Of a stretch of 64,000 nucleotides of DNA, positions 24,101-34,419 are shown piece after piece (position 1 is the stretch's first letter; each line of letters opens with the position of its first letter). Below the pieces are notes generated by a model. It saw only the letters and a program-made list of their open reading frames with translations, ran no database searches and had not been told where the DNA came from. A program made the translations under genes and the position numbers. Source of the stretch: Owenia fusiformis. Taxonomy: Eukaryota. The stretch lies in the NCBI GenBank assembly GCA_903813345.2, contig CAIIXF020000001.1:1054001-1118000 (forward strand), given 5' to 3'.

Positions 24101-27100
24101 TGGTTACCATGGCAGACAAATAAATCCTAGCTTCCAAAGTCTAATACAGTACAGCATATTATTATTATCTTACATCTGAAAAGATTAGATCTTATCTGGC
24201 TGTATTTAAGAGTTATAGTGTTCATCAATTGTGGAGGTCTGAATTTCAACAAAACCCTGATTTCCATGGTAACCAATCAAATTTCAGCTCCCAAAGTCTA
24301 AATCAATACTTTAAATCAATCATTGTCAAAAATCTGAAAAAATGAGACATGAATCTCCCTTCTTTCAAAAGTTATAACATCCATCCAACGTCGGGGTCAG
24401 GATTTCCTTAAAACCCTGGTTACCATGGCAACCAATCATATACCAGCTCCAAACATATATTAAAATACTTAAAACAAACCATTTATGAAGATCTGAAAAA
24501 ATGAGACCTGTATCTCCCTTATTTCAAAAGTTATAGCATCCATCCAATGTGGGGGTCAGAATTTCCCTAAAACCCTGGTTACCATGGCAACCAATCACAT
24601 GTCAGCTCCCAAAGTAAGATAAAATACTTAAAACTAACCATTTATGAAGATCTGAAAAAATGAGACCTGTATCTCCATTATTTCAAAAGTTATAGCATCC
24701 ATCCAATGTGGGAGCTCGAGTCTATGAAATAGACCCCTGTATTAGTCATGGACCAATACAAGGCCAAAATCTGAGGTTTTGTGGACTGATCTTTACATAC
24801 AATTGTTGCTAATATATTATAGAAGTTTTCTATTTACATTTTAACCCTTCCTAACACATTGGTGACAAAATATGCATGAAATGACTCTGTCAGTCCTGAA
24901 AAATTGGCCTGAAAATTGACACCCGAAGGGCATGTTTTATCCATTTCCATGGCAACCACTTAACCATGTGACATGAAATTTTTATCATATATTTGGTTAG
25001 CCTATACCAATATAACCTAGTAATTTGGAAACATTCCACTGAGTATTTTTTGAGTTCTTGCCCAATTTTATAGTAGGGGTCCAAATTTTAGCCCATGGGG
25101 GGTAAAATGGCCACAAAATCTAAAAGCTGAAAAACTAAGATCTAATAATCCATGCAAATATGTATAATCATAGTAGTAACATGAAAAATTATGTCCCATG
25201 AAATCCCTCTGAACGCACGCCGAAACCCACATTCTGACTGCACTATACTGTACCTGCATCAGTGATGCCTACAATAAGCAGCTTCCCCAAGACATCAGCT
25301 ACTGTGGAGAGGGCACTGAGACTGACATTGTTGGACTGGTGGTTAGAGAGAACCTAAACAAGATTACAATTTATTTTATAATTATGCCGTATGTTTAAAT
25401 GTCAACAGTTGCAGCAAAATTAGGTTTATGTTAACAGCTTCTCCGAAATCTCTTAAAAATGTTTTAATTTCACATTTTAAATGTTGACCTTTACAACCCC
25501 CCTCCCCCTAGATGTAACCTAATTCAAAAATGTTGCCATATAAAGATTCCATCCTGCATTTCTAGAGCTATCAGCTATCTGTTGAAAGATTTCCTATTAA
25601 TGAACTGCATTATACAATTATCAATAATCAAACATCAAGGAGATTGTGAACACAGGGGATGAATATAAAAAGATGGGATATATGATAAAAACAGTACGCA
25701 CCCTTACTCCCAATGAAGGCATCAATAACCTTGAACATGTCCTAACTGCTTCCAGTCTGATATCTTTGTGTTCACTTGAGAGGAAATGTTCAGCACAATG
25801 TCTTACGAACTGAGTTAAAGAATGCCCTGCAATAAAACAGTAAAATGTGTATTTCTGAACACTCCTCTAATATGAGCACCTCTCAATGTGAACACTACCA
25901 TGTTAAAAACCTTGAAAAGGAATATCTGTCATCCTGACCACTTTTTTGCTGATCCTGTGGTGTTTGTATCAACAGGTTTACTGCACCCCCATGATTATCT
26001 ATTATATAAATGATCTATTTATATCTTATTTATAACACACCTCTCTTAGTAATATTGTATTTTCTACAGATTTGAAACTACACATAAAAGACAGATCAGC
26101 AGTATAGTAAGATATGATCAACAAGGCATATTTGCACCTTTTCCATAATACAGAGGATGTTACCTTCAAAGTCAAAACTACCAAGTGTTCTCAGTGCTAA
26201 AGTTATTCCCATGACATCTTGAGCCTCAGCAAGATTAACACTTGATGAGGAGGCAGGCAGAGCTGGCGTGGTCACTTTGGGGGCCCCTGGATGACGGAGG
26301 GGTCTTCCCATAAGCACTAGAGAGAGCATCTTTAACAGGCCATCTTGTATGTCCTTCTTCAGCTGAGGAATCTGGGTGGCAAGGTCTCTTAGTGCTGCAG
26401 TAAGGGCAGGGCTGAAAGTAACAAAACAGTAATGGTAAGACTTGTGCTATAACTTCCACATACTACGAGTGTAGTCAGACATGAGGCAGGCATGACTACT
26501 ACTTCACTAAAATGTTACAGTTACAGATACATTATATTATAAGGCCTACTCCACAGTTGTAATTTATGGTAAAACATGTCTCATTTAAATGTCCGTTGGA
26601 CTGGTCAAAGTGTTTAGATTGGTAGTTTCAAGTTTTTTTTAACACAGGTGCCTACATGGTCTATGGAAGATTAAAAAATGGGAACAAAAAATTCACAATG
26701 AGAGCTGTTCAGATTATAGAGGTATTCGATTATACAGGTACTGTAGTTAAATCGTAATACTTATGGCATACCTAAGGCCCACTGCTAACATGGGTTCTAG
26801 CAGTGCTTTCACATCCACTGTAATGGCTGGCCCCACTGCTTTGGCCAACATGCTGATACATGTAAACACTGCTGGGTCAACAACAAAACTTTTATGACGT
26901 CTATAAAATAATAAAAACAAGGATCGAAACATATAGAATCACGATAGATAAACATGTGTAATACATTAATAATAATTGTCATATGGCTTTGAATAAATAG
27001 TACTTTATAATATGTGTTATTTTTGATCTCATTTATATTTCAAGTGTGATTGGTTAACTGCACTTATAAATGAAAGCAAGAATTATGACATCCAAGTATT

Positions 27101-30100
27101 CAAAAATGAACCATAATCTTTCATCAATCCTAATTTGCTACACACGTTGGGTCCATCCTGCATACTGTTTTGGTGTCATAGGTAGAAGCACAGTTTTGGC
27201 AGGAAAACATCAATCTAACTGAATATGAGTCAGCCAATGACAGATCAAACATTGTACATAAGTATTTATAGGTAGTCTTAACTTACTTAGTTGGCATATC
27301 CTTGGCTGGTAAGGACACCTTGATGACCTCCATAATCTTTGGCAGATGTCTGTTGATGTCAGTATGCACCGATACAGCAATTAGCCCAATAGCCTGGAAG
27401 GCCACTGATCTCTCTCGCTCTCTCTTTAGGCAGCCAAGTAGGTAGGCCATTGTCTCACCAAGATAGCTGTAAATATTGCAGTGGGGAATATTTAACAATA
27501 TTCTATATCAGTTAAGTTTGCAATCATTTGATTGGTCATTATAATGAGTCACATGTATCAAGATCAAGCAATATTCCCTGGTTGTGCTTTCAAATAGACA
27601 ACCAGTGAAGATTTATGTTTTGTTTTTCTAATATCTCAATGACAACTTTCCCATATTAAATAAGTTGATGATTCTCTGCAAAGATAGTTTGATAGAAGAG
27701 TTAAACCTGAATAAAACGGAATGGAGATGTAAATCCTTTTATACAAGGACATTATGTAAGTTTATTGGTATAGCCAACCTACCTTTTGACAAAGACCTGT
27801 GGTTGAAAGGCAGCAAGACGGGGCAATACTGCTAATAGAGACTGCTGGATAAATGAGTTTCTGGTGTTTCTATGGCGGAGAACAAGCTTACATATCTACA
27901 ATCAGAATGTTAAACATAATGCATATGATAAACATATAGTTTTACTCGGTAGGTATTCATATGATGTGATCATCATAGTGTAGGAAATAAGCATGGAATA
28001 GAGTTTTTGAACCATGAGATTTGTTGCCATATTTGACGGTTCATAGTTTTTTGCTACTTGACTCAAAATGAGGCAGGCAGTAACAATGATTGATCAATCG
28101 TTTGGGAAATTTGACTTGAATCAATTTAACTATAGAATAGCAAAAATATCATCTGTTCGACAATTTCCTACATAACAAGCAATCTAAATATAAACCATTT
28201 TTTGAATATTTTAATAATATTTTAATATTTTTGGAATATTTATTTTAAATCTCGCATACTAAATCATACACATGTATAATCATTTAAATGTAATCACCTC
28301 GCTGAATTTATCCTCCATCAACTTTTTACATGTTCTGCTTTCGTAGAAGAGTGCCTTCTGGTGGGAACTGATGAGTGTTGACCCAAGACCAGCATTACCT
28401 CCTGGTATCAAAGGAGAAGGATGTTGTTGTTGGACCTGCTTCAAGTTGTGCAGTAAATGCTTCGTTGATTTTGTGTGCACATTCTGTAAATATGTCACTA
28501 ACTCTTTAACTCATAGATACACAACTATTAGAACTGGCATGGAAGGAAAATTTAAGGTGAATATCAATTTGAACCTTACAGTTATTAGTTTTCTATGATA
28601 CCTATAATTTAACACTGGTTAGAGAAGAAAAGAAGGCATAGACTAAGAAATATATACAATACAAATAAATTGTTTGTCACTATCAAACTAAAATAATGCA
28701 GTAAGGAAAGGAGCCAAATATGAAAATACAAATTTAAAATCTGACCTTGTGGCTTTTTTCATGCTGGTGTTGCTGCACAGAGATTTCTTCCATGTCTTGT
28801 CGCAACTTCTCGCCATCAACGTTGCTGCATCTTAGTAACTCATTGATGATTAGAAGTGAACCATGTGACCAATCTTCACGATTTACTCGTTTCTCTCGAA
28901 TCAGATTCTCGTCAAAGCCCTTCTGCATCTCTTCGTAACATTGCTGGAATATCAAATTAAGTATTTCTGAATTTTGATAAATAGTTAAATGCCAAACAAT
29001 TGTTTTCATTTTGAGAATTTTTAAAATTCTCAACTAGATGGAAATTGAATTTTCTTGTTTATATTGTTTCTTTTTTACAGTATTCATAATGGTTATCAAA
29101 TGTATGACAGGGCCAGTAAGTTGAATTCAGCGTTATTAGCCATGTAAAATAAAATCACAAATTGGCAACATAAATAGAAATGAAACTGAAGTAACAATCA
29201 ACACCCTGTTGTATAAAACCTGACATCTCTTGTAAATCTCACCTTGTACCACGTGGGTCTCTGCGATTCCTTGGTTTCTCTCTGTGATGTCACAACTAGG
29301 GCAGCCCTCAGAGCTGCGACTGCTCCTTCCCTTATAAGGGGTTTTGGGTCTCTTACAGCATTGAATATACAATCAAAGAACTGCTGAACTTGTTGAAAGA
29401 AAAATGTAGGTGTATTTACAGCGAGCTCCTTTAACACTAGAACCTAAAACAAACAAACAACAATAATGATACTAATGCACTACATAAGCAGATCATCATT
29501 TTGTTTGAAATTTTCCAAATTGAAATCATAAAAATTTCACGATTTCTAATGACAAACTGTATTCATTATCACTCTTTAATGAACTTAGTCTGATTCCATT
29601 ATTACAGCCAAATAAAATTATCAGATCATCAAACTCAATATGTATGTTCTTGCTTTTTAATAAACTTATAAAATGTGATCCCTTTTCGAATTCTAAACAT
29701 ATCTGACAAGGCATATATTACTTTAAAATTTTTTTAGCTGTATAATGTGATTCTTGGAATTCTTCAATACTTACAGCAGCTTGTCTTCGTCCCTCGTTGC
29801 GGTCCCCTGTGAGCCACTCCAGCGCCCTCTTTACTTCAAACTCCACATACTCAGCAGTGTATGTCCCAGATGCCAGAGCAAGCTTACCAACAGCCTTTGA
29901 AGCCATTTCCATGACAACGGTGTCATTGGAAGGAAGCAAGTTACGAAGATAGTTTGCGAACCTAGTAATTCGAGTGTTAGAGTTCCCTACATCCACACCA
30001 ATTAAACTTACTGAAAACCAATCATAGTTATTTTAGAAGTGAATATATATACCTAACACAACAGAAGTTACACCTGGAATTCTAATGTACAGTTAAAGCC

Positions 30101-30559
30101 ATGTACTATTAAATGATGTTCTTTTACTTTAAGGATATATTTCAATTTTCAAAAGCTTTACTTTTCCGCCTACAATCTAATTCAAATTAGCCAAAATGTA
30201 CAGAAATGATTTACATCAGTTTGCTTTTTAGTCATTTACTTAACTTATTTTTACATATCATGAAAGAGATATAAACGATTCTAAGAATCGTCAGAATTTA
30301 GATAAACATAATGAAGTGAAATTATCATCGATGTAATACCTATGGCCATTATTCCTCCTTTTCTCTCATTGACATCAGGACTTGAGACCATCTCAAATAT
30401 CTGGTGATTGAAGTCATCCATAAATGAAGTCAGGTCTTCGATGGAGACCTCACGTAACTCTGTGCTCACATAATGGTTAAGGTCTTTAGCAGTCTTCTGT
30501 CGAGTAGCTTCATTACGGCTACGGAGGCCACGTACGAATTGCTGCATTGTAATCGGCAT
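107..30559 (-). CDS. MTOR: Serine/threonine-protein kinase TOR (mTOR), N-terminal HEAT-repeat half; spliced, continues beyond the left edge of the window
   Basis: 22 GT-AG exons with consistent phase, 5'->3': 30340-30559, 29775-30010, 29243-29443, 28746-28943, 28298-28483, 27783-27895, 27287-27466, 26772-26900, 26164-26411, 25708-25826, 25254-25353, 19165-19370, 15481-15603, 14843-14929, 13598-13690, 13042-13176, 12728-12863, 11993-12243, 11561-11647, 1072-1239, 673-785, 107-362 (3585 nt, 1195 codons). The peptides match mTOR from memory: [107 protein letters not shown]. The start ATG is taken at 30559 (alternative 30547). An acceptor at 30592-30593 implies an upstream non-coding exon. Confidence 0.97.
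2171..2530. mobile_element. Crypton-like non-autonomous element (double inverted-repeat architecture)
   Basis: IR-A tataacatacctatgatgatg (2175-2195) pairs with catcatcataggtatgttata (2380-2400). It is followed by hairpin B, ttatgtcactatcgtggca...tgccacgatagtgacataa (2407-2519). The element is flanked by the short direct repeat taattat (2171-2177, 2524-2530). Same layout as the element at 44541-45166. Confidence 0.55.
3152..5178 (-). mobile_element. 5'-truncated, degenerate non-LTR retrotransposon (RTE-X-like RT plus C-terminal Cys motif)
   Basis: Frameshifted RT pieces [49 protein letters not shown] and a CSFC motif (ORFs 4898-5086, 4658-4864, 4404-4634, 3437-4417). AATAAA plus poly(A) tail on the minus strand at ~3152-3168. 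Confidence 0.85.
5439..6133. repeat. Near-perfect 350-bp tandem duplication
   Basis: The sequence starting at 5441 recurs at 5791 (period 350) with about 2 visible substitutions. Confidence 0.9.
6420..9960 (-). mobile_element. CR1/L2-group (Crack/Daphne-like) LINE with intact ORF2 and (TAAA)n tail
   Basis: Uninterrupted EN-RT ORF, a ~300-nt 3'UTR and an (ATTT)n tail at 6420-6446. No ORF1 is seen; the 5' boundary is approximate. Confidence 0.85.
6752..9904 (-). CDS. LINE ORF2: apurinic-like endonuclease plus reverse transcriptase (1050 aa)
   Basis: EN motifs LNLNIRS, CTETWL, GGGVGLF, YKPP, GDFN, IDNIF and SDHFP. RT motifs [33 protein letters not shown] and FLGI. Confidence 0.93.
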   Translation of the reverse strand: MLYSIFINQIIKQMNYSSLVVNDAPCYCTTLPFYNVHDSDFLSIAPYGPSASTFEDLLFDPISFNDAADNSSESIRGITDNLVQHCNYHSPNQLSEVLNSSPKNGLSLLNLNIRSFSANQQKLETMLSLLTKSFSIIGCTETWLKSHTECQATLMNYNSEFNSRKIKTGGGVGLFINKAVEYVRRDDLQINHDSCESLTIQLTNSKNKNILISIIYKPPNTNQEEFNTDLQALLDTISKEKKTVYILGDFNCDLLKAESNHATQDFLNLFYSHNLIPLIYRPTRITRNTATLIDNIFTNAPSISRAGIILEDISDHFPIYALTEMQAQKIKTSTVSFRQFNNTNKSSFKEQVKTMIWHNIENTNDVNEAYSNFDKELSIIFNQCFPIKTFKSSHYFDPSRPWLSTAILTSAKRKNNLYKKFIQYPNEHNKKIYKSFSHKLKHIIRYAKQMHFENKFAMVSGNMKKTWQLINQVLGRSKFNKTSTVPMLINGVLSNDSSKISNGFNNYFANIGKSLADKIPTSNSSFKEHLKKIKHVSSSLFFSPITESELSTEITALKNTAAPGLDGFKADIIKSVGAYLVRPLLYIFNLSLSTGTFPNQLKVGKVTPIFKKGDTQLFSNYRPISVLSVFSKLLERCVHSRLVSFLNKFEILYKNQFGFQKKKSTYMPLLTFIEKIRCANGSKIPSLGISLDFSKAFDTIDHNILLDKLSHYGMRGVTLSWFQSYLTQRLQTVISNGCKSKQTSLSHGVPQGSVLGPILFLLYINDIYKSSDFFEFILFADDTNLLASHKDLPTLFDTANEELSKLSDWINANKLSLNIDKTKWILFGPGKTSNNHFLKINDTKLKQDITISFLGIAIDANLTFKEHIKNLEKKISQCIGVLYGVHNLLTKSALLSIYYSLIHSQLNYCNIIWGNNYKSYLNKIHMIQKRFVRIVLGKKYLDHTASLFKELNLLNIYDINKLNTAIFMYQIKDGDQILNSLLDTNFEINCDTHSYNTRQCDNFHIEHANKFSIKRNGPSLWNSLKNSTKMSKSIISFKKAYKSDLLSSYL
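10389..10546. repeat. 40-bp perfect inverted repeat enclosing a 37-bp perfect tandem duplication
   Basis: Arms at 10389-10428 and 10507-10546. The internal unit ctgcttgcagcgagaagacggaccggttcggggcaat occurs at 10429-10465 and 10466-10502. Confidence 0.9.
10960..11545. mobile_element. Helentron-type (HINE-like) element end carrying a 145-bp tandem satellite
   Basis: Units start at 10961, 11106, 11251 and 11397 (period 145-146). They are followed by a (CACGAT/CACGAC)n microsatellite at ~11482-11510 and a terminal hairpin tatcccacc-gat-ggtgtgata (~11525-11545). Confidence 0.65.
12330..12570 (+). mobile_element. Possible degenerate tRNA-derived SINE
   Basis: B-box-like GGTTTGATTCC at ~12343-12353 and a 3' end ggcactatacaaaatgttataat resembling L2/CR1-type SINE tails. 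No clear A box or TSD. Confidence 0.3.
12687..12716. mobile_element. 30-bp TIR-only Tc1/mariner remnant
   Basis: TA|CAGGGTGTCCCA-AATAAA-TGGTACACCCTG|TA. The termini match the CAGGGTG TIRs at 56291 and 62858. Confidence 0.7.
14978..15379. mobile_element. hAT-type MITE
   Basis: TIRs TAGTGGTGTCAA...TTGACACCTCTA, a perfect 8-bp TSD ATATAAAC (14970-14977, 15380-15387) and subterminal ggttaaccgg motifs. Confidence 0.88.
15797..19175. repeat. ~73-bp minisatellite (~3.4 kb) whose unit contains the TOR exon/intron junction
   Basis: Unit atgacattgtggttgtgccactatgatacaggtgtcctcatataaaggttgtattcatggattacctgtatta, with 72-77 bp length variants and 33-bp sub-units at ~17188-17290 and 19097-19165. The array merges into the TOR exon at 19165-19175. 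Confidence 0.97.
20099..21500. mobile_element. Helentron-type non-autonomous element (HINE) with internal satellite, inserted in the left TIR
   Basis: The right TIR shows the empty site gaaaacttcta|taatatattagc, so there is no TSD. Features: 5' caaggcatta...atgtcaccac, ~115-140 bp tandem repeats at 20600-21340, a (GCCGGAC/GCCAAC)n microsatellite at 21400-21445, and a terminal hairpin tatgtcaccac-ttttg-gtggtgacata. A related 5' end lies at 14562-14592. Confidence 0.75.
20198..20589. mobile_element. MITE nested in the HINE
   Basis: TIR aggacgattctcggtttggagaac / gttctccaaaccgagaatcgtcct, flanked by TCAA/TTGA, with an internal ~190-bp direct repeat. Confidence 0.65.
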
Positions 30560-31191
30560 GATGCAGCAAGTCAATCTACGACATCAGGAATCTAGAAATG
30601 AACAAGCAATCCAAATGTTCAGATTCTGAAAGTTGCGAGAGTCCTTTGGAGTGATGACAGAAGAGAGAATTTCCCTTGAACACAGAAACTGAAAGAGAAG
30701 TGAGGGGGGGTAATTTTCTTAAGTCAGATAATTCCATTCCATCAAAAATAAGCAATCAGAGCCCCACATTGCAACATTAATACCATATGAAAAAAACGGA
30801 AACACATGTACAAGGTGAGTAACTTTTGTATATTCCAGAAAGTTAGGTCATTGGTATTCCACATGATTACACTGGTTTCCGAAACGGACCATTTCTGTAA
30901 CAAAATGTCGGAACTTGCAGGTACACTTTTTTTTCCTTATTTAACCATGGGCCCATGATTTAACGCATTGTAGGCAGAATTCCCACGACATTTTTATCAC
31001 AAATATGTGTCAGCATCATATGTTTAAGAAAATGTACATGTTTGTGAACAAATATAGTTTAAAAAACAACAGAATCGTCGATGAAAATAATGATTTTTCT
31101 TATTTTTTAGGTTCAACTAACTGGTTGCTGTTAACAAAGCTGTGTAAAGTAAGGGACTGTAAAGTCTGATTCAAAATTCTATAAAAAAATA

Positions 31192-31766
31192 AAATGACCA
31201 CATTGAAACAGTATATGGAAAAATAGAAACAAATGTACAAGACCTAACTTTTGTATATTTTAGTTTGTTTTGTAGTTTGGCTATCATGTGTGTGGCCTCT
31301 TATATTTCGAAGCTTCTCTGCCAAGGAGGATTGGCTCATTGAGTGCAACATTGATATTCTGTCCAATATATGGGCATGTCGTGATACAAAATTTGAATTC
31401 AAACAGCCGCCATTTTGTTCACTTTAACGTTTGAATCATGAATTTTGGTCTTATTTCCTTACGAAAAACAATGGGAAAGCCCATGGAAAAACTCACAAGA
31501 AATGATTGAGATGTTAATTTCGAATCTTTTGAACTGTTTATTTTGAATTTATTGTTGGTTTTAACTTCAGAAAATAACGACATTTCTTTGTTTCGATCCT
31601 CTGGGAGCCAATCCTCCTTGCTTCTCTGCCGTGACTCCCTAGAAATTACAAAAGGCCACAGCTTTCAGGCTTTACTGCACATTATACCTAACTATCTGAA
31701 ATATACAAAAGTTAGGTCTTGTACATATGTTTCTATTTTTCATTAACTGTTGCAATATGGTCATTT
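31192..31766. mobile_element. MITE-like element with ~70-bp inverted repeats
   Basis: aaatgacca...gtacaagacctaacttttgtatattt (31192-31260) is the inverted partner of 31699-31766. A diverged third copy lies at ~30765-30835. Confidence 0.55.
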
Positions 31767-32049
31767 GATTGATTTCTTGAATTCAAAGTACGTAATGTGA
31801 TTTCCCGGGTGTGATTTACTGCATCACGAACATCGAACTCCTATGCAGTGTCTCGGTATAGACACTGAGGCGGGCAGATTATGGAATCCCCAAAATTTGG
31901 GGAAGATAGTCCCTCTTTTTGTCACAGATGTACTTGTTTTTCACACAACTTATAACATATATGTTCTTTTATGTTCACCAATAATTATTTTGTCAAAATA
32001 TTCCAAAATCAATGAAATATAAGAGCAAATCCCCGCGGAAGGAATTCTG

Positions 32050-32480
32050 AGTAAAAGTTGTGTTGATAAAAGTTTACCGCACGTGTTGTTTATTAGTTAA
32101 TACGCGCAATTCAACCAATGAAATTGTCTAAATTTTACAATCACGCGACCTGAGCATGGGACTAGAACCAATCACGTCAGTTGTTTATTACGATGTTACC
32201 ATGCTTACGGTGAGACACCTGCCCGCCGCAGTGATATATCACTGCACGGGAGTTCGCACGAACATGTGTCTCAGACTGTAAACTAACTAGATCAAAACAA
32301 GTCACTGAATACTGCTTATAGAGCATGAAAATATATACATACCAAATAATCATGGCATGTTGTCTGACAAGAGTTAATAGCAACAAATTGTCCAAATCAT
32401 TTCGAAATTAGGAAATTAGTAAAATTTCCCTACTTCCGCTTTGGGACGAGATCTCGCTAGTTGCCGAGATTTGAGTGTTA
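32050..32480 (-). promoter_or_regulatory. Putative TOR promoter / non-coding first exon region
   Basis: Locally CpG-richer. CCAAT boxes at ~32115 and ~32168 (the latter next to a CRE-like CACGTCA), an ETS-like ACTTCCG at 32432, and candidate minus-strand donors at ~32077 (GTAAAC) and ~32208 (GTAAGC). The TSS cannot be determined. Confidence 0.3.
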
Positions 32481-34275
32481 TATACGGATACAAAAACGAA
32501 TTAACGGTTGCATAGTTCATGGCTCTCGATCGAAGTAAGTAATGTATCTTATATGTCAACAATCTGCAAAAGGCTGATAAGCCCATTTAAGCTCAACAGT
32601 GATAGAATTAAAATAGAACTATGGTTTCAATTCATTTTAAAATTGGATGGATACGCTGGCGGATTCAGAAGCTGACAAGGGGGGGGGGACACATTTCAAA
32701 AAAGGGCCCCTGATTCCCTGAATCAAACAAGTTAACCCAAATTTTGAAAATTTTAGGCCCATTTTTGATAATTTCAAGGCCCCAAAAAGGCCAAGTAATG
32801 TACCAAATGGTGCCATTGGTACATTACAAAAAAACTAGTGAGGCCCCTTAACTTTTAGTAAATAGCGCGCGAGTAACCTTAATGAGGCTTTCCACACATG
32901 TTTAAAGGCATATAATACACATTCTTTTTCAACGTCCTGAGCACTTTTCAATCAAGTGACTTTTTGCCACTTTTGTAATTTCTAGGTTTGAATTGTAATT
33001 GCCGGGATGAGGAACATTACATTCGTGTTGATTCATGGACAGTTTTGACATTTTTTCAGTGTAAATACATGGTTGTTCTTTAATGGAACAAGTCGGAAAA
33101 CCTTTTTTTTAATTTTCAGAGGATACAAAAATATATGATAGGGTACAAAAACTTCGGTACCGTTTCAGCTACTCAGTAATAAAACATAGTGATGGCGCAC
33201 AATTCCATGTACCGATCACATGATGTGCGCGTCGGCTTTGCGGATGAATGTTATCGTTTTTTAACGTTTAAATATCCTAACGAACTTTGAAATGGATTTT
33301 GGTTGTTTCACATACAATTTGAGATTATAAATGCTGAAAAGTACGGTTTTATTTTTTTCCCCTGACAACAGCCTATATACAGGGCGTATCAAAAAACGCA
33401 ACAAACAGTTATCTCGTAAAACCACAAAACCAGTGATGACTACATCAATTTAATTCAATGTACCATAAAGTCACTTCCCTCCTCTTTGAAATGGTATGTC
33501 ATTCATTCCCATCTGGCGATGGTTGGGTGAAAAATCATTCCTTTTGCACAGCTGGCTAAAATCGGCTCTGGGCCAAGTTTCAGATATTGCAAAAGTGCCG
33601 GAGTACAAAGGAAAAGTGCTAATGATTATGAAAGTTCTCCTGACCCGAATCGTTGTGATTTTTCTTTTGAAGTTATCCCAAGAGCGGAGATTTAATCATT
33701 TGTCCACCAGAAATTGCAAAGTGGTGGCAATTTGGAGGGTATGATGTACTCTTGTGAGCAAGTGTTCATGAACACTTTACAGTCTATGCACGTGACACCT
33801 GCCACACCTTCTTCCAATAGCCCAATCAGTCAGGTCGAGTAACTAAGTCAACATTCGAAAATAAAAATCTCAAAAATCGTACATCTTCGATTTCCAAAAT
33901 AATTTGTGAGGTGGTTATTAAGATGATAATACATATTTAACGTATTGATTTTGAGTACATCTCGAATCCATTTGGTGACAAGATCTAGAATAGAAAGCAT
34001 ATTCTTCTTATTTACTCACTGATACACACATGCCAACGAATATTTTAAGTAAATTTCTCTGTTTTAAACATGCAAAATTCTTTTTGTACTTGTGTCGCTT
34101 ATTTGCCGCCAGAGGGATGTATCAGAAGTAATCCTGAAAGTTTTTACGATAATCTCCTCACTCAAATTTATATGTACCAAAATATTGGTGAATTTTATAT
34201 TTGTACGGATTGTAATTCTAGAACTGGTAACAACCCTGATTTTATTGTTGGGGTTGATGATTTGTGTGACCGTAA

Positions 34276-34415
34276 TGCCTTGGTCACATTTGCTCCGATT
34301 TTCACTACGGCGCCCGGCCGATTGAGTATTTTGTTCAAAATTGAATACAATATTGAGCAAAACACTCAATCGGCCGGGCGCCGGCCGATGGATCGGAGCA
34401 AATGTGACCCAGGCA
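34276..34415. mobile_element. 140-bp palindromic PIF/Harbinger (Tourist-like) MITE
   Basis: TIRs tgccttggtcacatttgctccgat / atcggagcaaatgtgacccaggca and a TAA TSD (34273-34275, 34416-34418). Almost the entire element is self-complementary. Confidence 0.9.
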
Positions 34416-34419
34416 TAAT

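Larger units (their letters stand above)
19673..25245. mobile_element. Large foldback DNA-transposon derivative, Academ (XPG-type)-like
   Basis: TAGTGCAGTC...GACTGCACTA termini flanked by TA. Long TIRs: 19673-20098 plus 21501-~22140 versus ~24030-25245, with subterminal tandem repeats. Internal decayed coding on the minus strand: [24 protein letters not shown] (~22715-22790) and [12 protein letters not shown] (~22445-22480), motifs of the XPG/H3TH-containing Academ transposase. Confidence 0.7.

Noticed and set aside
19834-25084. Duplicated 64-aa [18 protein letters not shown] on opposite strands (likewise 50443-50631 and 51345-51542)
   Set aside because: A consequence of the terminal inverted repeats; non-ATG starts and no protein motif.
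33375-33800. Possible Tc1/mariner left end (TACAGGGCGTATCAAAAAA) and ORF 33496-33744
   Set aside because: No matching right TIR or transposase motif found by eye, so there is insufficient support.
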